IMG/VR virus record: IMGVR_UViG_3300032087_004917
DNA length: 64,000 nt
Direction: 5' to 3' (one strand)
DNA from: an uncultured virus (IMG/VR IMGVR_UViG_3300032087_004917)
Taxonomy: Duplodnaviria; Heunggongvirae; Uroviricota; Caudoviricetes
Under the pieces are notes generated by a model. It was not told where the DNA came from. It made no database searches and saw only the letters and a program-made list of their open reading frames with translations. Shown in pieces: positions 48,789 through 56,967 of this stretch. Positions within the stretch are counted from its first letter, which is position 1. The number at the start of each line of letters is the position of its first letter. A program made the translations under genes and the position numbers.

Positions 48789-49661
48789 TTACTCTCCGTT
48801 CATTTTATTTAGGATTGTTCTAATTGAGGGATACTCTTTTTTACCCTTACCCTCTTGGACTGCTTTCAAGGCAGAGTGAATACCAACATATCTCTCATTG
48901 GTTTCTTTTTTGTCCTTAGCCCCTTGCTTTTTTTCGTTTTCGGCAGATGTATCCGAGTCTTCGGTGTCAGATGCATCAGATCCTTTTGCCTTGGCGATTT
49001 TTTCCAAAAGTTTTGCTCTTTCCTCTTCGGACATACTCTTAAACTTTTCAGGCGTGATACCCTGTGCGTCAAAAACCGCTTTGATTTTTGCAAACTCTTC
49101 TGGATCACCCATCCTTGCAATCAATTCATCCATCGCAGCCTGAGCATTGCCAAGTTCCTCTAAAGTATTAGCACGTTTAAGTTTTGCCTCAACAGAATCA
49201 AACAATATTTTTCCGATCATTGGAGGAGGAGGCTCCTCAAGTTCTGGTCCGAAACCAACGAGTTTTTTTAACTGTGGGAAAAGTTTGTCTCTCATCACTT
49301 TGTTGATACCCAAAAGTAACTTTCTTCCAAGACCGGGATTGTCAGCCTTAAGTTTGACGCTTTTCAATTTTGCTTTAATTTTGTCAGACTCCGTTTTGTA
49401 ATTTTTTAGGAAGTCCTTTTGCATTTTTTCATTTTCGTCTTCTTTTTTCTTCGCTTTGTCTTCTTTTGCCTTGTCTTTTTCTTTTGCCTTACTTGCTTTC
49501 GCCGCTGCGTCTTTTCTTCTCTTGATGACCGCTTGTGCTTTGCCTTTGCTCGGAGATCCTGTGTCTACAGTGCGTTGCAATTCAACGGTGCTTGCCTTAT
49601 CGACATCTTTGATGCCTTTGGTGTTATCTCGCCTTGTTTCCTCACGAAGATCGAGTTTCAC
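48789..49661 (-). CDS. Lys/Glu-rich hypothetical protein (candidate internal head protein)
   Basis: Coupled to the upstream ORF; begins MKLDLREE; highly charged. Confidence 0.65.
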   Translation of the reverse strand: MKLDLREETRRDNTKGIKDVDKASTVELQRTVDTGSPSKGKAQAVIKRRKDAAAKASKAKEKDKAKEDKAKKKEDENEKMQKDFLKNYKTESDKIKAKLKSVKLKADNPGLGRKLLLGINKVMRDKLFPQLKKLVGFGPELEEPPPPMIGKILFDSVEAKLKRANTLEELGNAQAAMDELIARMGDPEEFAKIKAVFDAQGITPEKFKSMSEEERAKLLEKIAKAKGSDASDTEDSDTSAENEKKQGAKDKKETNERYVGIHSALKAVQEGKGKKEYPSIRTILNKMNGE

Positions 49662-51241
49662 TTCTTTTTACCTTTAGCCTTGTATCCGCTAGCGAAAGCG
49701 GCACGACGTTGAGCATCACTGGCGAAACCCTCTTCCATGTCTGGCTTATCATGAAGATATCCCATAGCCTTGAATTTCAAATGATCCTCTCTAGTTTTTG
49801 CGTCAACCTCTTCACCAGTCGTGGGATGATACATTTTGTGTGCTTTGAATTCTTTTTCATCAAGTCGGAAACCCTCCTTGATTGCGATGAGTTGTGCTTC
49901 TCCCCTCATTCCTAAATCTTGTTTGTCACCGAGTTTTTTGATTTTATTTCCCATCATCATATCTGACACAGGGTGAATTTCGAAACCAATTCCTCTATCT
50001 GACGTAGTGACGTAAAAACCATCACCGGATTTAGCATTCTTCTGGAAGTCCTGCATCATTTTTCTATATTCTTTATCAAAGCCAAACTTTTTGAGTTTCG
50101 TTTGAAATTCAGTGGCTTCCCTACCGAAACCCTTGAACATGATTTTCACGGTTTCGTCAAGAATCTCAACTTGCTCTTCGATGGACCGATCAAACTCACC
50201 ACCAGAGTCCTTGATCATTTTTGCAAGTTTTCTTCTCACTGCTCCAGTATGCTTCTTAGCGTCAAAGGTAAGCGTGGTCATTTTTCCTTTGAACATAGCA
50301 CCCTCGTAGCCGGGGACTTTGCCCATCGTGATGGCTCTTGTCAATCTTTCGTAGGCATTTCTATCACCCTTGACCATCACTTGAATTTTAGATCCACGCT
50401 CCTCTTCAAGTTCTGCATACTCTTCAAAGACCTTAGCCATTTGTCTTTCACTGGTTTTAATCAGTTTACCACCATACTTTTTCATAATCTTTGCTACGCT
50501 CTTAAGTTCAAGATTACCTAGATCAGTAAAATCAGTGGTGACTTTACCATCACTCGTTCCGGTCGATGATCCTTGTCTTGCCTGTGAAACTTCTCGCATG
50601 AATTTTTGTGCAGTCGCTTTGTCTGAAAACTGAAACTCAGCCTTTGCTTCGTCAAGTTGCACATCCTCAAACATCTTCGCATCCTTTTCGGCTGCGGCTT
50701 TGCTTCTGTGGGGTGGACCCTGTGGAATGTGTTTTTTCAACTTGCGGCTGAAAACCATCACTTGATAGCCTCGTCTTGTTTTTACAACTTTTGGTGCTTC
50801 CAACTTAGCGTCCTGCATTGCAGCCTCAATGTCAAGATAGTCAAAATCGTCACGGCTCTCGTCAAGTTCCTCTACACCTTCTTTGACAATTTTCATATCA
50901 CGCAGGATGGTTCCCATGTCACCCTGAGCGAGAGACACGGAGCCATTGCGATCAAAAAGTTTATACTTCACGCCACGGGGATTCTCTGTATTCACAAGGA
51001 TGATACGACCGACTCTAGACGCACCCACAACACGATGCCCACTGGTCACTTTTAGTGTAATCGGCGTGCCACCTCTGGTAAACGAATTGCCAAAGTCAAC
51101 CTCGATTTCGCTGCCTTTTTTCAACTTATCGTAAATATCTTTTGCTTTTTTCTTATCAATAGTTTTAACTTCTTCATTTACTTTGTTCAGTGGATGAAAG
51201 AATGGACTGGTTTTATCGTTTTGTGGTGGGTTAAAATACAT
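49658..51241 (-). CDS. Modular protein, about 7 basic modules separated by acidic [LV]-x-E linkers
   Basis: Linkers KVNEE, EGVEELDE, EDVQLDE, EEYAELEE, EEQVEILDE, EGFRLDE, DMEE. Confidence 0.8.
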   Translation of the reverse strand: MYFNPPQNDKTSPFFHPLNKVNEEVKTIDKKKAKDIYDKLKKGSEIEVDFGNSFTRGGTPITLKVTSGHRVVGASRVGRIILVNTENPRGVKYKLFDRNGSVSLAQGDMGTILRDMKIVKEGVEELDESRDDFDYLDIEAAMQDAKLEAPKVVKTRRGYQVMVFSRKLKKHIPQGPPHRSKAAAEKDAKMFEDVQLDEAKAEFQFSDKATAQKFMREVSQARQGSSTGTSDGKVTTDFTDLGNLELKSVAKIMKKYGGKLIKTSERQMAKVFEEYAELEEERGSKIQVMVKGDRNAYERLTRAITMGKVPGYEGAMFKGKMTTLTFDAKKHTGAVRRKLAKMIKDSGGEFDRSIEEQVEILDETVKIMFKGFGREATEFQTKLKKFGFDKEYRKMMQDFQKNAKSGDGFYVTTSDRGIGFEIHPVSDMMMGNKIKKLGDKQDLGMRGEAQLIAIKEGFRLDEKEFKAHKMYHPTTGEEVDAKTREDHLKFKAMGYLHDKPDMEEGFASDAQRRAAFASGYKAKGKKK

Positions 51242-52272
51242 TAGTCGTTCCCCTCGGCGAGATAATCATCAATGTTATCGATGACATTGGTTTCCATGAC
51301 ATCCTTGACTTGGAGATACATGTCTGACAATGGGTCGTAATACTTGCCTGCCTTCTTGTCGTAGTAGTAGACCTGACCAGACTTTCGGCTGCGGAACGGT
51401 CCCTCAAGACCTTCCTTCTCACGATTTGGGAAACGATCTCTGTCAATCGGAGTCACCAACCGACCTCCTCGACCGACTTTCCCTTGGGCTACCATTTTGT
51501 TATAGTGCGCCCTCGCAGACATCTCATCAACCTGCTCGACATCCTCTTTAAACATTTTGACCTTTTGACCGATTTTCGCACCGGGAAGTTCCATGACCTT
51601 TTGTCCAAACTTCTTCTTCTTCTTGGCATCCTTCTCTGTCATGCCAGCGGCGATGATCATGCCTCTGCCGTCTACAATCGCGTGAAACTTTTGTCCACCC
51701 AAAGCAGAGACACTTGCAGGTCGCTTGTAGAAAATCTGCGATTCCTCATTCTGCACATCATCCATCATCATTCTGTTGACATCAAACATGCCGGGGTTGT
51801 CTTTCATAATCTGGTCAGCAGCCTTCTTGACATTACCCCTATGCTTCTTGAGCATATTGCGAACAAGAGTGTCGCTCTGTTCACCCATACGGAATCCTTC
51901 CTTGTCAAGAATCTTGAAGACCTTCTCCATATCGCTGCCTTTGTATTTTTTCATCATCGCACGATATTCGGGCGTGCCTTCTTCAAGTTCCTCAGTGCCT
52001 TCGTTCAGTTTATTTTCATATTTGTCCATAAACTTATTCATTGTAGCGTTATTTGTAAAAGTGATTTTGTAAACTTTATCTTTCACTTTCTTGCCACTGA
52101 CAACCAAACCTCTACGTCCAGTCTCGGAGCCAATGGCAGCAGCACCATCGGCATCTTTCTTGAATTCAATATCAACAGTCACGGCTTCTTGCAATGCTCG
52201 TTGTTGCTCTGCAATGATACGAGAGTAAAATGGGTTGGCTGGATTATTTCCGGGGTTTGGCAAGTTAAACAT
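51241..52272 (-). CDS. Modular protein, about 4 modules separated by acidic linkers
   Basis: Linkers ALQE, EGTEELEE, DDVQNEE, EDVEQVDE; last module GLEGPF...YYYD...GKYYDP..DMY. Confidence 0.8.
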   Translation of the reverse strand: MFNLPNPGNNPANPFYSRIIAEQQRALQEAVTVDIEFKKDADGAAAIGSETGRRGLVVSGKKVKDKVYKITFTNNATMNKFMDKYENKLNEGTEELEEGTPEYRAMMKKYKGSDMEKVFKILDKEGFRMGEQSDTLVRNMLKKHRGNVKKAADQIMKDNPGMFDVNRMMMDDVQNEESQIFYKRPASVSALGGQKFHAIVDGRGMIIAAGMTEKDAKKKKKFGQKVMELPGAKIGQKVKMFKEDVEQVDEMSARAHYNKMVAQGKVGRGGRLVTPIDRDRFPNREKEGLEGPFRSRKSGQVYYYDKKAGKYYDPLSDMYLQVKDVMETNVIDNIDDYLAEGND

Positions 52273-52547
52273 TAGTCATCCTTCCGAGTTGAAAGTTCAT
52301 TGCGAATCCAGATCAGATCCGTCTTGATTTCTGCGAGTTGAGTTTGGATAGTAGTTCGAAGAGCATCGGCATCTTTCATTCTTTCTTCCAACGCCGTGTT
52401 TTTCTCCTCAAGAGACTGGATTCGATACTCCATTTCTGCATGATTCGCTGAGAAGTTCCAGATAAAAATCGAGATCGTCAACGCCCATCCGACGATTGTT
52501 GCAACAAAAGATGGGGTGAACCATTTAGATTGAGTATTAGAAGCCAT
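52272..52547 (-). CDS. Small membrane protein (one TM + coiled coil; holin/spanin-like architecture)
   Basis: FVATIVGWALTISIFIW followed by heptad coiled coil; GGAG RBS; TACATA upstream. Confidence 0.6.
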   Translation of the reverse strand: MASNTQSKWFTPSFVATIVGWALTISIFIWNFSANHAEMEYRIQSLEEKNTALEERMKDADALRTTIQTQLAEIKTDLIWIRNELSTRKDD

Positions 52548-52616
52548 TTATGATATCTCCGTGCTAATATGTATCATTACTTTTTGTTGCATATACATAA
52601 CTTGACGGAGTAAAGT

Positions 52617-52835
52617 ATGAGATTGAACCCCAAAAATAGGCACGGAAAGCATATCATCAACATTCACGGTGAGCGTGAGGTTGTGAAAGAGGAGCGTCCT
52701 GCCGCTTTTTCTGACACTTTAGACTCAGACGTTGAATCTGGTGATGTGGCTGATGTGATTATTCGTCAAAATCAAATCATCAACCGCGCACTGAGAAGGA
52801 CTTTCAGATCGCGGATTGCACGAAAGGCAATCTAA
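52617..52835 (+). CDS. Small hypothetical protein
   Basis: TACATA (52594-52599) and GGAG upstream. Confidence 0.6.
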   Translation: MRLNPKNRHGKHIINIHGEREVVKEERPAAFSDTLDSDVESGDVADVIIRQNQIINRALRRTFRSRIARKAI

Positions 52836-52836
52836 C

Positions 52837-54009
52837 ATGGCAGATAAAAACGATGATGTCTTGGGTGATCTCCTTGATCCCAAGAAATTGCTTGAGCAAC
52901 TTCGTGAATGTGAAACAAAGCAATTTAAAAACGCCATCGATCTTCTGCAAGAATGTGAAGAGCGTCACCGTCGAAACGAAAAGAAGTTATCTCGCCTGAC
53001 AATCGCCGCCTCTGCTGGCGGTGCTTTGGTCGGTCAAGAAGCAGTCAAAGAAGCAGGTGCAATTGTTGAAACACTCGACTCTGTTATCTCTGGCGATGTA
53101 TCCGCTATTACAGACGTAGCCGAAGGTGCTGGATTTGATCCGGCATCCATTGGTTTGTCCGTTGACGAAAATGGTAACGTTGTTCTTCCCGGTGGATTCT
53201 TTGGTGGTGCTGGTGGTGCAGGTGGTAATGGTTTTGGCAACTTAGGCGTAAATCCAGAGAAAGCAAACCCAACCACAGAGGACGAAGAAGACGCTACCGA
53301 CGAGGACGAAGAAAAAGGTAAGAAAGAGGAAGAGGAAGAAGAGGGCGAAGAAGAGGAAGAGGAGGAAGAGTCCGAAGAGGAGGAAGAAGAGGAGTCCGAG
53401 GAGGAAGAGGACGAAGACGAAGAAGAGGATGAGGAAGAGGACGAGGAAGAGGACAAAGAAGAAGAGGAAGAGGAAGAGCAGGAAGAAGAGGAAGAGGAGC
53501 AGGAAGAGGAAGAGCAAGAAGAACAGCAAGAACAAGAGCAGGAACAGGAGCAGCAGCAAGATACGCCTGAGCCTGACCCACCCTCATCCGACCAATCTGC
53601 AAGTATTCCGAGTCTCCCTGACAATACACAAGAAACGAAACTTATGGATTTCTTTGAGGATGTTGCCCTTACAGAAATGGAGCAGGCAATAGAAACAATC
53701 ATCCAAGACACACCCGACCTCCTTGAGAACCTGCCTGCAATCTTGAGATCAAGAAAGCCCGACGCTGGTGAGGTGATTGTTGGTGATTACGATACGAACG
53801 ATCCGACCCCGCCTATCGTGATTGATGAGGAAGTGGATGTCATGGAGGAGGTCATTGAGACTGTCGAGGTTCCGGCTTCACCTATCGACCCATATATCCC
53901 ACCGATTGCGGGTGTTCCGATTCCTGAGCCGGGGGTGCTTAGTGTCGTTATTTTAGTGGCTTGGTTCTGTGCCGGTTGGTCATTCAGACGCAGGCGAGAT
54001 AAGGATTAA
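52837..54009 (+). CDS. Poly-Glu acidic protein with C-terminal PEP-CTERM sorting signal
   Basis: ATG 52837 two bases after the upstream stop; ~90 aa Glu/Asp/Gln tract; ends VPIPEPG-VLSVVILVAWFCAGWSF-RRRRDKD. Confidence 0.8.
   Translation: MADKNDDVLGDLLDPKKLLEQLRECETKQFKNAIDLLQECEERHRRNEKKLSRLTIAASAGGALVGQEAVKEAGAIVETLDSVISGDVSAITDVAEGAGFDPASIGLSVDENGNVVLPGGFFGGAGGAGGNGFGNLGVNPEKANPTTEDEEDATDEDEEKGKKEEEEEEGEEEEEEEESEEEEEEESEEEEDEDEEEDEEEDEEEDKEEEEEEEQEEEEEEQEEEEQEEQQEQEQEQEQQQDTPEPDPPSSDQSASIPSLPDNTQETKLMDFFEDVALTEMEQAIETIIQDTPDLLENLPAILRSRKPDAGEVIVGDYDTNDPTPPIVIDEEVDVMEEVIETVEVPASPIDPYIPPIAGVPIPEPGVLSVVILVAWFCAGWSFRRRRDKD
53278..53560 (+). repeat. Low-complexity GAR/CAR trinucleotide tract encoding poly-Glu/Gln
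   Basis: About 280 bp purine-rich (GAA/GAG/GAC) run. Confidence 0.9.
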
Positions 54010-54224
54010 ACCTTAGAATCCAAGTAGTCTGCCATTCCGTCAAGATTGTCAACGGCAATAGCAACTTTGTCAGTCCACCATGATGGTAGCATGGCTTCAT
54101 TTGGAAGTTTGTCTAATTCCATTTGCATTGTCATCAATGCCTTCGCTGCAATTTTGACTTTATTTTTTGCAGAGGCGACATCAGTATGTCCGTCTTCACT
54201 CAGTTCTTTGGGATCAAGTTTCAT
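54006..54224 (-). CDS. Small hypothetical protein (single module; candidate internal head protein)
   Basis: MKLDPKELSE then DGHTDVASA...LPSWWTDKVA; coupled to the upstream ORF. Confidence 0.7.
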   Translation of the reverse strand: MKLDPKELSEDGHTDVASAKNKVKIAAKALMTMQMELDKLPNEAMLPSWWTDKVAIAVDNLDGMADYLDSKV

Positions 54225-55921
54225 ACGGTGTCTCCTACCTTTTTGGCTGCACCACGAATTTGTCGAATCATCAACTTTCGTGGTTGAATTTGTTTCTTTA
54301 AGTAAAGTTTTGCGTCTCCGGTATCCGTGGGACCGTATACTATTTCTTTAGATCTACGGTCGATCACATATGTCATCGCTCTTTCATCAAGGCTCATTTT
54401 AAGACTCTCAAGTTTCATCACCTTTTTCATTGCATTAAACAAATCTTTAGGTTTGAACTTGTGAACATTGTCCACTCTTGCCTCATAGTCACCATAGCCT
54501 GAAAGATTCATGTCATTCAAGGCATCTGCGATCTCTTGCTTGGCTCCCCTTTTCAGTCCTTTGATCATGCTCTCCAGATCACGGGCTATCATGGTTTCGT
54601 CAAGTTGCACATCTTCATCAACATGAGCATAAATTCTGTCTAATTCAGCCACCATATTATCAAAATTTTTGAGGACTCTTTCCGCGCGTTCTTTATTCTC
54701 GCGGTCTAATTTCGCTTTGTTCCTTGGTAAATTGTTATACGCTCTTGCAAGCCTGTCCAACTTCCTCTCCACCTTGTCCAACACTTTATCAAGTTTACCC
54801 AAGATTGATTCGTTGATATCCTCAAACACTTTCACCATCAAAAAATCATATTCACTTTCAAACCTGTTGAACTGTCGCCTACTGTTGAACGTGACATCAA
54901 ACATTTTACCTTTTGCTGCGCTCACATCTTTGGCATCAACGAACATGTTCTTTTTCTTTGCATCTCGCATATCAGAGTTATTTTGGTTTGGTCTGCCAAA
55001 AAATGCGACCCGTGCCTTGATAACCTCTTCACCAAGTTGCACATCCTCAATCAGACCATCTTTCTTAGCAAACTTCTTTGCTGAGTCTGTGTCCATGTGT
55101 GTTCCGTAGTATGCCGACACCTTACCCCGTTTGTCGAAGATTGCCATCATCACTCCGGCTTGGCTGGATGGACGGGAAGTCTTGATGGGAATGACGGCAA
55201 AAGTGCCACCATCGGCTGCGGGTGCAGAGAAACTATACTCTGATGGCTTGGTCATTTCAAGTTGATTTCTTGTGTCTCTGCCAATCTTGGTTGCAGGCTT
55301 ACGTTTCCCACTACCCATAGGATTGAACGGAGCCATCGCTTCATCGACTTGCACATCCTCTTTCATCGCATCAACATGACGCTTTGCAACGAAGAAGTAG
55401 GAGCCTTTGTCTTTAGGGCTTTTTGCACCGACAAATCTATCACCATCAAACGGGTGCAAGTCAATGACCTGTCCCTTTTTGAACATCTCTTTTGGCATAC
55501 CCGACTTTTGTGATTTGTTGTATCCGGTTCTCAGTCTGCCTTTCATCCACTTACTGCTGGTAGGTGAAATGTCAAACAAACTTTTCTCTTCGTCAATCTG
55601 CACATCCTCGTTCATCAACTTACGGAATTTTTCACGCGAGGCGGCAGTTTTGAATTGTAAAAGAATTTCTTTATCATCTTCTTCACGACCGATGACAAGA
55701 TTAGCCATTTGCTTTTGCTTCTTGCGACCAGCCGGAGTCTCGTCATCAAGAACCTTTTGCATTTTCTTTGCCATGGTGGAGGTCTTGGGCAATGCCATCT
55801 TGATACCAGACACAGGAGCGACACCGGGAGATCTTGCACGATAGGTCGTACGTCGCGTTATCTCGCTAAGAGGATGGTTGATATTGTCCAATGCACGCTG
55901 AATGATTGCTTTTTTATCCAC
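54221..55921 (-). CDS. Modular protein, about 7 modules separated by EDVQ[LIV]DE linkers
   Basis: Start moved to GTG 55921 (GGAG upstream). Linkers HPLSE, EDVQIDE, EDVQVDE, EDVQLGE, EDINE, EDVQLDE, MSLDE. Confidence 0.8.
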   Translation of the reverse strand: MDKKAIIQRALDNINHPLSEITRRTTYRARSPGVAPVSGIKMALPKTSTMAKKMQKVLDDETPAGRKKQKQMANLVIGREEDDKEILLQFKTAASREKFRKLMNEDVQIDEEKSLFDISPTSSKWMKGRLRTGYNKSQKSGMPKEMFKKGQVIDLHPFDGDRFVGAKSPKDKGSYFFVAKRHVDAMKEDVQVDEAMAPFNPMGSGKRKPATKIGRDTRNQLEMTKPSEYSFSAPAADGGTFAVIPIKTSRPSSQAGVMMAIFDKRGKVSAYYGTHMDTDSAKKFAKKDGLIEDVQLGEEVIKARVAFFGRPNQNNSDMRDAKKKNMFVDAKDVSAAKGKMFDVTFNSRRQFNRFESEYDFLMVKVFEDINESILGKLDKVLDKVERKLDRLARAYNNLPRNKAKLDRENKERAERVLKNFDNMVAELDRIYAHVDEDVQLDETMIARDLESMIKGLKRGAKQEIADALNDMNLSGYGDYEARVDNVHKFKPKDLFNAMKKVMKLESLKMSLDERAMTYVIDRRSKEIVYGPTDTGDAKLYLKKQIQPRKLMIRQIRGAAKKVGDTV

Positions 55922-56201
55922 GGGTGATCTCCAGAATTCTTTGAATTTGTGCCTCACAAGCCGCGACTCGTTTTGCACCATCCCACACGATATAGTCTCG
56001 TTCAGGGTTTTTCTTTAAATTGTAAAGAATGGGAAGCATGAGTTTTTCAAGATTTGACATCTTGGACTTCACATCATCGGATACACCAGAAACCTCACTC
56101 ACCTCTACCTCATCGGCAAAGGTAAAATCAAAGTCACCAAATGTGTCTTGTGAGAGAAGAGCCTCAAACTCTGCGTCGATTTTGTCTCTATCGAATGCCA
56201 T
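55914..56201 (-). CDS. Conserved T4-like hypothetical protein
   Basis: DFDFTFADE and PILYNLKKNPERDYIVW resemble a small conserved gene of marine T4-like phages; TACATA 5 nt upstream. Confidence 0.7.
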   Translation of the reverse strand: MAFDRDKIDAEFEALLSQDTFGDFDFTFADEVEVSEVSGVSDDVKSKMSNLEKLMLPILYNLKKNPERDYIVWDGAKRVAACEAQIQRILEITRG

Positions 56202-56212
56202 GTTAATATGTA

Positions 56213-56512
56213 TTAGAACATATGTTTTTCGCGTAGTTGCTTCTCGTACTTGGTTCCCTTGACACCGGCTCCGTTGCAGACTCTCTCCATCATGTCTTGG
56301 AATCCACCCTCATTGTGCGGTCTGTCAATACGCTGATTGTCATCCATCTTCATCGAAGGTGCAGAACCATTGGTTGAGACATACCCTTGTTTGATCTTTT
56401 TCTTTCCACACTCGGGACAGACTTCCTTTTCAGGCTTCTTTCTGTCATCGAGCCATTGAAAGGACTCAAACTGGTAATTACATTCACGGCATTCATATTC
56501 ATACGTTGGCAT
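56213..56512 (-). CDS. FmdB-family zinc ribbon protein
   Basis: [14 protein letters not shown] ... CPECG. Confidence 0.88.
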   Translation of the reverse strand: MPTYEYECRECNYQFESFQWLDDRKKPEKEVCPECGKKKIKQGYVSTNGSAPSMKMDDNQRIDRPHNEGGFQDMMERVCNGAGVKGTKYEKQLREKHMF

Positions 56513-56963
56513 TGTTCTCTCCTCTGAGATCTTTCAAATATTTATCACTTCTCTCTGCGGCTTTATCATTATACAGATTCCATTCTTGAAGCAACAACAA
56601 AGCCCGTCTTTCTGCATCATCCTCAAGAGCATGACTATTCGCCTCATTGTCGTTCTTGTCCCATGCAAGGTAGATCGGATCGTCTTCGTACCATTGCATC
56701 AAATGTGAAAATTCGTGTGCAAGAGTATGCAAAACTTCATCTTTTTCTTTACCAATGCAAATCACCAAAGAACCAGACTCACCTTTCTCTGGATGCTCAA
56801 AAAAACCATCGCACGGCTCACCCCCACGAATGACCTCTTTATCAGGCGAGATAAGGAAATTGACATTAAATTTTTTACATTTTGACATCACATATACAAC
56901 AAAAGGCAAAGAGATGAACTCTTTGCCCTTCGCATATTTTGGTAAATTGGATCGCTTCGCCAT
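56499..56963 (-). CDS. HExxH zinc metallopeptidase-like protein
   Basis: [11 protein letters not shown] ... LEDDAERRA. Start moved to ATG 56963; the longer ORF overlaps the lysozyme gene. Confidence 0.7.
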   Translation of the reverse strand: MAKRSNLPKYAKGKEFISLPFVVYVMSKCKKFNVNFLISPDKEVIRGGEPCDGFFEHPEKGESGSLVICIGKEKDEVLHTLAHEFSHLMQWYEDDPIYLAWDKNDNEANSHALEDDAERRALLLLQEWNLYNDKAAERSDKYLKDLRGENNANV

Positions 56964-56967
56964 GTAA

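Noticed and set aside
53034..53711. Poly-Ser, poly-Leu/Phe and poly-Pro ORFs on the - strand
   Set aside because: Alternative readings of the GAR tract; the + frame gives a coherent protein ending in PEP-CTERM
50648..55609. GATGTGCA repeats as a CRISPR array or attC sites
   Set aside because: Irregular spacing (about 250 bp to 2.8 kb), degenerate, non-palindromic and in frame within ORFs; no cas or integrase genes
55922..55981. N-terminal extension of the 54221..55981 ORF
   Set aside because: Overlaps the upstream gene; GTG 55921 has a GGAG RBS and is the better start
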